From the NCBI GenBank assembly GCA_963752675.1, contig CAVVZO010000015.1, positions 564,906 through 628,905 of the forward strand: a stretch of DNA of 64,000 bases, written 5' to 3'. Positions 50,181 through 59,439 of this stretch are shown one piece after another. A program made the position numbers and the translations under genes. Below the pieces are notes generated by a model, which did no database searches, was not told where the DNA came from, and worked only from the letters and a program-made list of their open reading frames with translations. Numbering within the stretch: position 1 is the stretch's first letter; each line of letters starts with the position of its first letter. Source of the stretch: an uncultured Acidobacteriaceae bacterium (lineage in GTDB: Bacteria; Acidobacteriota; Terriglobia; Terriglobales; Acidobacteriaceae).

Positions 50181-51071
50181 TTAGTGAGCAGCAGATTCGG
50201 ATTTGGGAGCTTTCGCTAGTGCCTGCTTCAGCTCGTCCACCACGGCCGACGGCTCCCAGTCGTTGCTCGGGTACCAGCGCAGGATGGTGCCCGTGGGGGT
50301 AATCACCGCTGTGGACAAAGAATGGGTAAGGGTTTGGTTGGCGCCGCCGCTGACACCTACGTCGAAGAACTGGTCAACCTTGTCCAGCTCGGTTTTCGGC
50401 GGGACGGCAAAGTCCCACAGCGTGAAGGCGCCGGAGCCGTGTTGGCCAGTATAAGTTTGGCCGTAGCTGCGCAGTACCCTGGGTGTGTCATACGCCGGGT
50501 CGAAGCTGATGCTCAGCAGGTGGACCTTTGCCGAAAGCTGAGGGTCGGCCGCCACTTGCTTTTGGATCTCGGCGAAGTTGCGGCTCATGCGGATGCAGTA
50601 GTCGGGCAAAGGACAGCGGGTGTAGATGAAGGTGACCAGAAGGAATTTCCCACGGAACTGGTCGACTGAGATTGTCTTTCCGTCCTGGTTGAGGAATTTG
50701 AAATCAGGGACGGCCTGGCCGATGCTGGGCACGTTGTAAAAGCGTGCCGGTTTGTAATCAGGTTGGGCCTGCGCCGTCACCACGATCTGGTCCAGCACGC
50801 TGGTGGATTTGGAAATCCGCAATCGCGCGGTGAGTTGATCCCCAGGATGGAGTTCACTGGCTATATTCGGCTGGGCCAGCTTGTACGACATAGTCATCGC
50901 GCCCATCAGGCCCGGGATCGCCTGCCCGTCGATCGAGACCTCCCCTTTTGCCGGATCAGCAGCAACCACGGTGCCTTTCAGGGGATAACCAGGTTCTTCT
51001 GGTTGCGGAGCATTCCCCTGGCACCCAGCCAACATAAGCCAACTCACAAGAACCAACGCGGACCGATGCAT
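50181..51071 (-). CDS. Lipoprotein with an N-terminal CusF-like Met-rich beta-domain fused to a SCO1/SenC thioredoxin-fold domain
   Basis: Lipobox LMLAGC. The N-terminal domain is KGTVVAADPAKGEVSIDGQAIPGLMGAMTMSYKL. The SCO motif is FIYTRCPLPDYC, followed by ISFDPAYDTP. Confidence 0.75.
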   Translation of the reverse strand: MHRSALVLVSWLMLAGCQGNAPQPEEPGYPLKGTVVAADPAKGEVSIDGQAIPGLMGAMTMSYKLAQPNIASELHPGDQLTARLRISKSTSVLDQIVVTAQAQPDYKPARFYNVPSIGQAVPDFKFLNQDGKTISVDQFRGKFLLVTFIYTRCPLPDYCIRMSRNFAEIQKQVAADPQLSAKVHLLSISFDPAYDTPRVLRSYGQTYTGQHGSGAFTLWDFAVPPKTELDKVDQFFDVGVSGGANQTLTHSLSTAVITPTGTILRWYPSNDWEPSAVVDELKQALAKAPKSESAAH

Positions 51072-51151
51072 GTTTCCCTCTGCTTTATCCTATGGCCTTC
51101 GCTGGGAGCCCGGGGCCTGCTACCCACAGGCGTTTGGGGTATAAAACAGAG

Positions 51152-53867
51152 ATGCAACTCCCCCCGTTGATCGCGGCAGCGCTTGCGGCCGGCGATACGG
51201 TGATCACCTCGAGCGCCCGCGCCACTCGCTCCCTGCGCCGGCTGCACGCAGAACAGCAGCGAAACGAGGGATGGGAAGCGTGGCCATCCGCCGACATCCT
51301 GGACTGGGATAGCTGGCTGAACCGGCTGTGGCAACAACTGCTGCGCTCCGGGCACGAGACCCGCTTGCTATTGAGCTCGCTGCAGGAAGAGCAGGTTTGG
51401 GCTCGCATCGTGCGGCCAAGCATCGAAGGCAGACACCTGATTTCCGTGCTGGGCGTTTCTGAGCTTGCTCAGGATGCGTACGGTCTCCTCTGTGCCTATG
51501 GCGCCCTCGACTTTCTGCGTGGCGAAGGTCTGGGCGGCAGTGACGTGGAGAGCTTTCGCGCCTGGGCACGCAGCTTCGAAGCGGAATGCCGTCGAGAAGG
51601 GTGGCTCAGCCGCAGTAGTTTGCCTTTCGCTTTGCAGGAAGCGGTACTCGCTGGCCACTTCGCCTCCGAGCGAACACCTGGTGCTAGTCGGCTTCGATCG
51701 CACCACGCCTGCGCAACAGCGGCTGATCGCGGCCTTGCAGGAGAAAAGTGTCAACGTCGAAGTTGCTGAAACCGTTCATGAGGATTCGCCGGCCGAACCG
51801 GGTTTGCTGGTGGAGGCTACAAACGGGAAAGACGAAGTCGCGACCTGCGCACTTTGGGTGCGCAGCCAATTAGAGACGCTGGGCAGCGCTGCTCGCCTCG
51901 CGGTGGTGGTGCCCGGTGTCGCTGCAAAGCGCCCTGAAATTGAGAGAACCTTTCGCCAGATACTTGCGCCGCAAACGACGATGATCGGCGGCCGCGATTT
52001 GCCGCTGCCCTTTGAGTTTTCTCTCGGTGTGCCACTGTCGCAGCTACCAATTGTCCGTGCGGCGCTGCTGCTGCTGCGCTGGATGGATCACGGACTGTTA
52101 CCGGACCAGGTGAGTTGGTTGTTGCTGTCTGGGCTCATCTGCCGGGATGAGGCGGAAGTACTGTCGCTGGCACGCTTCGATGCCCGCCTGCGGCAACAGC
52201 CCATGCGGCCACCGGAACAGGACCTGGAGAGCTTTCTGCAATCCCTGGATCGGGGATGGTCGGAAACAGCTTCGCTGACCGGGCTGCGGCGCCGGTTGAT
52301 TGCGGCGCAACGCGCTCTGGGCTCGAGGACAGCGTTGAGCTTTGCTGAATGGGTGCAGCGCGCGGGAGAAATCCTCGAAGAGGTACATTGGCCGGGAGCG
52401 CACGCGCGGCAAAGTGAAGATTTCCAGGTACAGGCCAGGTGGTCGCAACTTCTCGACTCCCTCGCAGGTCTCGCCTTCGATGGACGCACGGTGCGCTATA
52501 GCGTGTTCCTCGATGTGCTTGAGCGCCAGGCCAGCCGAACCATCTATGCGCCGGAGTCGCTGGCCGCGCCGGTACAGATCCTGGGACCGTTTGAAGCTGC
52601 TGGTCTGCAGTTCGATGCGTTGTGGTTTTTGGGTGCGGACGATGCGGGCTGGCCTCCAGTGGCGCGCCCACATCCTTTCCTGAGCCGGTCGTTGCAACGG
52701 AAACACGAGATGCCGCACGCACACAGCGATGTTGACTGGAAGTTGGCCGAGCAAGTTACCACGAGGTTGAAGCAAAGCGCCGGAAAGTGCGTTTTTAGCT
52801 ATGCTGCGCAGGATGCGGAGGGCGTGTGCCGGCCATCCACGCTGGTGAGTGGTTTAAAACCACCGGTGCAGGCAGAACAGGTGCGGATCGCGATCGGTGC
52901 GGAGGAAGACCTGGCAACGATGCATGACTTCCCTGCTGTGGTGACGGATGCAGAACCAGCAGTCGCCGTGCCGTGGCCGTTGGAGAAAGAGGCGGGCGGG
53001 GCCGATGTGCTACAGCACCAGGCAGCTTGCCCGTTTCGCTCGTTTGCCATTCGCCGGCTCTCCGCGCGCCCGCTCGACGAGACCGATTGGGGCCTCGATC
53101 CGCGTGCTCACGGTAAGTTGGTCCACACCCTTCTGGACAAGGTTTGGGCGGCATTAGTCGACCGCCATGGGCTGGTGCGGGCGCGCACAGAAGGCGGCTT
53201 GCCGGCGCTGCTGGCATCCGTAGTGGATGAGTCGCTGGAGACCTATCGAGTGAGCGGGGAGAAGCGGCCCTGGAATGAGGCCTACCTCGCCACAGCGCGC
53301 GCGCGCATTCTCTCGCTGATGGAAGAGTGGCTGCTCTATGAAGAAACACGGGCTGATTTTTCTGTCGAGGCTCGGGAGGAGAAGCGTAGTGCGCCGGTTG
53401 GCGATTTGAAGCTACAGGTGCGCGTAGATCGAGTGGACCGGGTTCAGGGCGGCCGCGTGATCATCGACTACAAGACCGGTGTGGTGAAGACAGACGCTTG
53501 GGATGGTCCGCGGCCAGATGAACCGCAGCTGCCCATCTACGCCGGCTTTGGACAAGTGGAGAACCTGCAAGGGGTGTTGCTGGGCCGGGTTGCGGATGAG
53601 CGGTTGGGTTTCAGCGGCCGGGTAGCGGACAGCAATGCAGTTCTGCCCGGCAGTTTGCATTTATCGCGACCGCCCTACACCGCAGCCACGCTCGAGGAGT
53701 GGCGGAACTATCTGCTGGACCTGGCAGCACAGTTTGTCCGTGGTGAAGCGCAGGTGGATCCGAAGCGGTATCCGAAGACATGCCAGTACTGCGCTCTGCC
53801 GGGACTTTGCCGCATCGCCGAGACAGAACGCGCACGCGGCGTGGAGGATGCGGAGGAGCCTGCTTGA
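51152..53867 (+). pseudogene. addB: AddB-like PD-(D/E)XK nuclease subunit with an Fe-S cysteine cluster, with one frameshift near 51660-51670
   Basis: The N-terminal ~170 aa are in one frame (start ATG 51152) and the rest is in the +1 frame (LVLVGFDRTTPAQQRLIAAL). The C-terminal nuclease has QAACPFRSF...GRVIIDYKTG...CQYCALPGLC. Confidence 0.7.
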
Positions 53868-53878
53868 TGAAGGGTGGA

Positions 53879-53921
53879 GATGTCCCCCACTCAAGCCAAA
53901 AGCGGCTTGAATGGGCCACCC
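53879..53921. repeat. Single arm of the REPIN-like family, followed by a degenerate partner
   Basis: gatgtcccccactcaagccaaaagcggcttgaatgggccaccc. A weak second arm (ggtggcctgccttgaagccgctcacgg) lies near 54001-54027. Confidence 0.7.
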
Positions 53922-53971
53922 AGAGTTGTTTGGGGTGAGTAGAGAGGCGGTAGTTGTGGGGGGTTTTTTTT
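53884..53971 (+). terminator. Possible structured terminator between addB and addA
   Basis: cccccac (53884-53890) can pair with gtggggg (53956-53962), enclosing the REP hairpin. TTTTTTTT follows directly at 53964-53971. This is a structure guess only. Confidence 0.35.
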
Positions 53972-54044
53972 GAGACCGCAGACAAAAATCGGCCAACGAG
54001 CGGTGGCCTGCCTTGAAGCCGCTCACGGATGGAGAAGACATTAG

Positions 54045-57000
54045 TTGGACAAGTCTGGAGAAAGATCGTCTGTTGACCAGACGGAGCGAGCACGGACACT
54101 CGATACACAGCAGTCATTCCTGGTGCAGGCGCCCGCGGGTTCGGGCAAAACCGAACTGTTGACCCGCCGATTGCTCAAACTGCTGGCAGAAGTCGATGAG
54201 CCGGAGGAAATTCTTGCCATCACCTTCACGCTGAAGGCGACTGCCGAAATGCGCGAACGGGTGCTGAGTGCTTTGCAGAAAGCTGAGGAGACCGCACCCT
54301 CTCAAGAAGACGGCGCCATGACTGTTCTGGCACGGGCTGCCCTGGCCAACGATGCACGGCGAGGCTGGCATCTGCTGCAACAACCGCAGCGACTCAGCAT
54401 CCTGACGATCGATGCGGTGTGCCTGACCATTGCGCACGAGACGCCGCTGCTCTCGCAGTTGGGCGGCTCGCTGAGCCCGACCGACAAGCCACAACCGCTG
54501 TATGACCTGGCAGCCCGGCGAACGCTGGCGCGCCTGGGCGATGGGGGCCCCATCTCAGAAGCGTTACGCGCCCTTCTGGAGTTACGGGCGACCAGCCTGC
54601 CCGGCTGCCAGAACCTGATCGCCGGCATGCTGGACAAGCGAGACCAGTGGGGACGAGTGCTGCCGTTGCACTCCACGGTCGATTGGCTGCAGGTGCGCGA
54701 TCGCCTGGAAGCGCCGCTGCGGCAACTGCAACAGGATGCGTTGCTGAAAGCACAGTCACTGTTCACTAACGAAACTGCGCTGGCTGAAGAGCTGGTCAGC
54801 TTGTTGCAACATGCCTGCGGAAACGTGGAAGAGGGTTCACCCATTCTCGCAGCACGTGCGGTGACCCACCTGGATCAACTGACCAGCCACGAACACTGGA
54901 TGGGGGTCTGCGAACTGCTGCTTACCAAAGGCGGTACTTATCGCAAGCAGCTCACGAAGGAAATCGGCTTTCCCGGTGGAAAAGCGGGCCAGCAAGCAAA
55001 AGCTCGCCTGACGCAATTGCTGCTGGATCTCGGCACTCGCCCCGAAATCCTGCAAACGCTTTGCGGGTTGCGCGGCTTACCGCCGACGACATTCACTGAC
55101 GAAGAATTCGCGCTGCTACAGCATCTGCTGGTGATCCTTCGCTACGCGGTCGCCGAGCTACGCGTGGTGTTCGCAGAACGGAGCATGGTCGATTTTGTCG
55201 AGCTGGGCCTGGCTGCACACGAAGTGCTCACAGATGAGGAAGGCAAAGCGAGCGAGCTGGCCGCAGAAGTCGCCGGCCGCTGGCGCCATATGCTGGTCGA
55301 CGAATTTCAGGACACGTCGCGCAGCCAATACGAACTGCTGATCCTGCTGGCCAGCGCCTGGGAGGCTTCGGAACGAGGCACCTGCTTCCTGGTCGGCGAC
55401 CCCATGCAATCCATCTATAGCTTTCGCCAGGCGGAAGTCGAGCTTTTTGAACGAACCCGGCTGCGCGGACTTGGTGAAGGCAGCGATGCCCTCGTACTGG
55501 CACCGATTCAGCTACAAACAAATTTCCGTTCTCATGCTGGGCTGGTAAATCGGCTGAACGAAATCTTCACCCTAGTCTTCGCCCAGGAGGAAGGACAGGC
55601 CACGGATGAGTACCACGTCGCGTTCGCTCCCTCAACCGCCCAGGAGCCAGCAAAGGATCAGGAAAAGCGCACCACGCAGGCGGTGCGCCTCTGGCCCAGG
55701 CTGATCACTTCGAAAGCGACGCCGGAGGAAACTCGTGCGTCCGCCGATGCGGAAGCCAAACAGGTGGTCAGCATCATCCAGGAGCATTGGCCGAAAGTAG
55801 AAGAAGCAGAGCGTTTGCACAAGGAGTTCAAGATCGCTGTTCTGGTCCGCGCTCGCTCCCATCTGGGGCTGATCACCGAACGGCTGCGCAAGGCGGATAT
55901 CCCCTTTCGTGCCGTCGAGATTGAGCAGTTAGGAGACCGGCCGGAGGTGCGGGATCTGACTGCGCTCACGCGCACGCTCCTGCACCCGATGGATCGCATC
56001 GCGTGGTTGACAGTGCTACGCGCACCGTGGTGCGGGCTCACGCTCAAAGACCTGCATACGCTCTGTGGCAGTGACGAAAAGGTGTTCGCGAATCAACCAG
56101 TGCTTACCTTGCTCCGCGAGCGAGCCTCGCTGTTGAGCACGGATGGGCGGCAACGGGCTGAACGCGTGCTCGCCATCCTCGAAGATGCTTTGCGCAGCAA
56201 ACATCGGCAGGCCTCGTTCGCACGCTGGGTGGAACGTACATGGGCGACTTTGGGCGGCCATGCATGCGTGGATCGCACGGCTTACGAGAACGTGCGCACA
56301 TTTTTCAGCATGCTCGAGGAACTGGGCCCGGACGCAAGCGATCTCAAGCAACGGCTTGAGGAGCTGTGTGCGCAGCCGGATCCCCGAGCCGACGAGCGCC
56401 ATGGCGTGCAACTGATGACGATCCACAAGGCCAAGGGCCTGGGCTTTGACATAGTGATTGTTCCTGGACTGGAGCGAAGCACGCAGGGTGACGATCAACC
56501 CCTGTTGCGCTGGGTAGAGCAAACCCGGCTAGTAGGGCAGACGGAGCAGGAAGAGCGCGCCTTCGTGGTGGCGCCGATTGGGGCCAACGGACAGTCCAGC
56601 GGTATCTATGAATGGATTGGGAAGCAGCAATCGCGACGGCAGGATGATGAAGCGAAGCGCCTGCTTTACGTCGCCGCAACCCGTGCCCGTGAGGAGCTGC
56701 ATCTTCTCGGCACAGCCACCATCAAAGAGCCGAAGAACGGCACCCAGGAGCTGAGCCCCGGGGACAAGCACAGTTTGCTCAGTATGGCGTGGCCGGCAAT
56801 TCGTGAGGATTTCGATCGCGAGTTTGCCCAACAACAGCGCGTGCAGGCAAGCACACCGGAGCAAACAGAACTGGTATTTCCACCGCTCGAGCTTACGATT
56901 CCCCTGCGCCGCTTGCCGGCTGTTTGGCAGGGACCGGAGCAGACGATCCTTGCTGATGCCGAGACGGGGGTCGTCGACCTGCCGCGCGGCTCCCTGGCTA

Positions 57001-57524
57001 CGCGCGCTTTTGGCACCGTGGTGCATGCGCTCATGGAAGATCTCAGCCGGATACCGGACACGCATGAAGTGGAAAGCTGGCGAGTACGGGCACTTGCCCT
57101 GCTGCGGGCTACAGGATTACCGCGGGCACAAGCTGAATCGACGTCGAGAGACGTTGTGCGCGCGTTACAAGCGGTGCTCCGCGATCCTGTGGGGCGGTGG
57201 ATTGTTGGCGCACGGGCGGGTGCGCGCAATGAGGTTGCGTGGTCTACCTGGGAAGAATCCGCAGTCCGCACGCTGCGCGGTGACCGCATCTTTCGAGCAG
57301 GCGCGGAGCCCGAGTCCCTCGATGAGACGCATCTTTGGATCGTGGACTACAAGACAGCCCAGCACGGCGCTTCTGGGTTGGAGGCGTTCTTAGCCAGCGA
57401 GAAGGAGAAGTATGCGCCGCAGTTGGAGTCGTACGCGAACGTGCTGCGGAAGCTGCCCGGCAACGATCTGCCACTACGGCTGGCACTTTACTTTCCATTA
57501 TTGAGCCGGCTCGTCTGGTGGTAG
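54045..57524 (+). CDS. addA: AddA-like UvrD/Rep-family helicase with a C-terminal PD-(D/E)XK nuclease
   Basis: Walker A VQAPAGSGKTELL. LVDEFQDTS. The C-terminal nuclease motif is LWIVDYKTAQ. The start is assigned to TTG 54045, which is uncertain. Confidence 0.85.
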   Translation: MDKSGERSSVDQTERARTLDTQQSFLVQAPAGSGKTELLTRRLLKLLAEVDEPEEILAITFTLKATAEMRERVLSALQKAEETAPSQEDGAMTVLARAALANDARRGWHLLQQPQRLSILTIDAVCLTIAHETPLLSQLGGSLSPTDKPQPLYDLAARRTLARLGDGGPISEALRALLELRATSLPGCQNLIAGMLDKRDQWGRVLPLHSTVDWLQVRDRLEAPLRQLQQDALLKAQSLFTNETALAEELVSLLQHACGNVEEGSPILAARAVTHLDQLTSHEHWMGVCELLLTKGGTYRKQLTKEIGFPGGKAGQQAKARLTQLLLDLGTRPEILQTLCGLRGLPPTTFTDEEFALLQHLLVILRYAVAELRVVFAERSMVDFVELGLAAHEVLTDEEGKASELAAEVAGRWRHMLVDEFQDTSRSQYELLILLASAWEASERGTCFLVGDPMQSIYSFRQAEVELFERTRLRGLGEGSDALVLAPIQLQTNFRSHAGLVNRLNEIFTLVFAQEEGQATDEYHVAFAPSTAQEPAKDQEKRTTQAVRLWPRLITSKATPEETRASADAEAKQVVSIIQEHWPKVEEAERLHKEFKIAVLVRARSHLGLITERLRKADIPFRAVEIEQLGDRPEVRDLTALTRTLLHPMDRIAWLTVLRAPWCGLTLKDLHTLCGSDEKVFANQPVLTLLRERASLLSTDGRQRAERVLAILEDALRSKHRQASFARWVERTWATLGGHACVDRTAYENVRTFFSMLEELGPDASDLKQRLEELCAQPDPRADERHGVQLMTIHKAKGLGFDIVIVPGLERSTQGDDQPLLRWVEQTRLVGQTEQEERAFVVAPIGANGQSSGIYEWIGKQQSRRQDDEAKRLLYVAATRAREELHLLGTATIKEPKNGTQELSPGDKHSLLSMAWPAIREDFDREFAQQQRVQASTPEQTELVFPPLELTIPLRRLPAVWQGPEQTILADAETGVVDLPRGSLATRAFGTVVHALMEDLSRIPDTHEVESWRVRALALLRATGLPRAQAESTSRDVVRALQAVLRDPVGRWIVGARAGARNEVAWSTWEESAVRTLRGDRIFRAGAEPESLDETHLWIVDYKTAQHGASGLEAFLASEKEKYAPQLESYANVLRKLPGNDLPLRLALYFPLLSRLVWW

Positions 57525-57611
57525 CCATATCCACGACGGCATTTCGCCGGAGATGTTTCCCGTCCCACAAATTCGGATGCCCCATAACTCCCGACCGCTT
57601 CATCGTGCCGG

Positions 57612-58124
57612 TTAGTAGTAGAGGTACTTTCTCCACTTGTGATCGGAATGGCCAATCATGCGCATGATGTGACGGCTGGTGTGCAGCGAAAACGGTCGAG
57701 GCTCGCGCATGAGCTTAATGTCGCTTAGCTCGTGCAGCAAATGATTGCCTTTGCGCCGATTGCAGGAGTGACAGCAGGCCACCAGGTTTTCCCAGGTAGA
57801 CAGACCACCACGCGAACGCGGCAACACGTGGTCGAGCGTCAGTTCACCCGCCGGCAACACCACTCCGCAGTATTGGCAGCTGTTGCGATCGCGCAGGAGG
57901 ATGTTCTTGCGCGATAAGGCGCGGGTCTGGTGCGGGATGCGACGATATTCCAACAGGCGAATGACGGAAGGCATGGGAACGCGCAATAACGCGGCATGCA
58001 GAATCGCGCCCTGCTCTTCTTCGGTTTTCGCGACCCCTTTTAAAACGAGAATCAGCGCCCGGCGCGCACCGCAGATGTTGATGGGTTCATAGGAGGCGTT
58101 CAGTACCAGCACCGGCTTCTGCAT
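57612..58124 (-). CDS. HNH endonuclease (small, stand-alone)
   Basis: The start was trimmed to ATG 58124 (170 aa). Motif: CQYCG...LTLDHVLPRSRGG...WENLVACCHSCNRRKGN. The upstream part of the long ORF overlaps comF in another frame. Confidence 0.8.
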   Translation of the reverse strand: MQKPVLVLNASYEPINICGARRALILVLKGVAKTEEEQGAILHAALLRVPMPSVIRLLEYRRIPHQTRALSRKNILLRDRNSCQYCGVVLPAGELTLDHVLPRSRGGLSTWENLVACCHSCNRRKGNHLLHELSDIKLMREPRPFSLHTSRHIMRMIGHSDHKWRKYLYY

Positions 58125-58285
58125 GGTGTATGCCGACGAAACTCGTTGGCCTGGCCAACCCTCATGCGTGTCGGCAGTGTCATGCGGCAGCGCACGATTT
58201 TGTGCAATTGCTTTCGGCTTGCGTGAGTGGACCATGGCTTTTCCCAAAGACATCTCGATCCTCCGTGAGCTTTCTTGCAAACTAC

Positions 58286-59155
58286 CTAGTGCAGGGCTTG
58301 CTCCGTTTTCGGAGATGGCCCCAATTGACTGGGCAGAAATCCAGGATCCCAGGCGGCGACTCCTTCGCGTTGCGCCCGGGCGACCGTGACGACCCACACC
58401 GAGGCAGCGCCCGCGCTGCGCAGCACGCGGCTGCAGGCGCGTGCTGTTGCGCCGGTCGTGTAGACATCGTCCACCAGCAGCACATGCCGTCCTTTGACTC
58501 CGCTGGGCTGGGACACAAAAAAAGCGCCACGCAAATTCTCGCGGCGCTGGCGGGTGGTCAACCCTGCCTGACTCACGGTGACCCGCATTCGTTGCAGCAC
58601 ATTGGACGCAAGAGACAAGGTCCATGGGCAATGGCGGTGCCTTAGGCTTTTGATAGCCGCGCGCGCAAGAAGCTCGGCATGATTGAAGCCGCGCTGGCGC
58701 TGCTTGGCTGCGTGCATCGGTACCGGCATGACCAGGAGCTCGAGAGGCATATCCGGAGCAGCAACCAGCGTACCGAGGCTTTCCGCAAGGAACTCACCGA
58801 GCGCAGCAGCGACCGGCTGCATTCCCTCGTACTTAAGCAGATGGATTAGCGATCGCAGCTGCCCCTGGTAGTTCCCATAGGCAACGGCTCTCGCAAATGC
58901 GGGAGGCGCCAGGCGGCAGGGCTGACAGAGCACTGGCGGGGCGCTCTCCGTAGGCAATGGGGAGAACTGGGCGATACCCATATCTTCGCCACAACAGGCG
59001 CAAAGGGTACCAGCTTCTGGGGGAACATGCGTGCAGCAGTGGTCGCAAAGAGGGGCGCGGGTCAAGCGCAGGAGAGAGCCGCCACAGAGGGCGCAGGAGG
59101 CAGGAAATAACACGCAGGCAAGGCTATCCGCGGGACTTCGTAGCACGCGGACCAC
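58286..59155 (-). CDS. comF: ComF-family phosphoribosyltransferase-domain protein
   Basis: N-terminal Cys pairs are CALCGG...CDHC...CACCG...CQPC. The PRTase motif is VLLVDDVYTTGAT. The start is uncertain. GTG 59155 was chosen because the full ORF would overlap the divergent OPT gene. Confidence 0.7.
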   Translation of the reverse strand: MVRVLRSPADSLACVLFPASCALCGGSLLRLTRAPLCDHCCTHVPPEAGTLCACCGEDMGIAQFSPLPTESAPPVLCQPCRLAPPAFARAVAYGNYQGQLRSLIHLLKYEGMQPVAAALGEFLAESLGTLVAAPDMPLELLVMPVPMHAAKQRQRGFNHAELLARAAIKSLRHRHCPWTLSLASNVLQRMRVTVSQAGLTTRQRRENLRGAFFVSQPSGVKGRHVLLVDDVYTTGATARACSRVLRSAGAASVWVVTVARAQREGVAAWDPGFLPSQLGPSPKTEQALH

Positions 59156-59439
59156 AGCCCGCCAAACCGAAGTCTGCGGTAGCGGAACGTCGAGAGTCAG
59201 GGTAACGCTCTGACCAGGGAAGACGCACCTCACACCTGGCAAGGGGTTTCGTAACCGCCTGCCATGAATCTGAGCAAAGTATAGGGGAACCCGCCGGTTC
59301 GCGCCAGTGCTGCTTGAAGCGACCGTTCGCCTGGCGAACAGATCGAAAAGCCTTGATTCACGGCGGATTCCGGCCGGTCCGTATACAGTGGTTTCACCCG
59401 GCGCACGAACAAGCTCCGGGCACCACGGAGGCTCACCGA

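Noticed and set aside
3671-53867. Programmed ribosomal frameshifting as an explanation for the split genes.
   Set aside because: The sites share no slippery heptamer or downstream structure. They occur in eight unrelated families that are not known to use recoding. Most sit in trivial 2-4-nt homopolymers, so indel error or mutation is the simpler explanation.
57612-58631. The full 339-aa ORF as the HNH endonuclease gene.
   Set aside because: The first ~169 aa are Arg/Ala-rich, have no domain, and overlap the 3' half of comF in another frame. The conserved HNH protein starts cleanly at ATG 58124.
59314-59439. The upstream extension of the OPT transporter ORF (MKRPFAWRTD...).
   Set aside because: It would overlap the divergent comF ORF and adds a non-hydrophobic leader. 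An in-frame TTG at 59440 with GGAGG 8 nt upstream gives the canonical OPT N-terminus.
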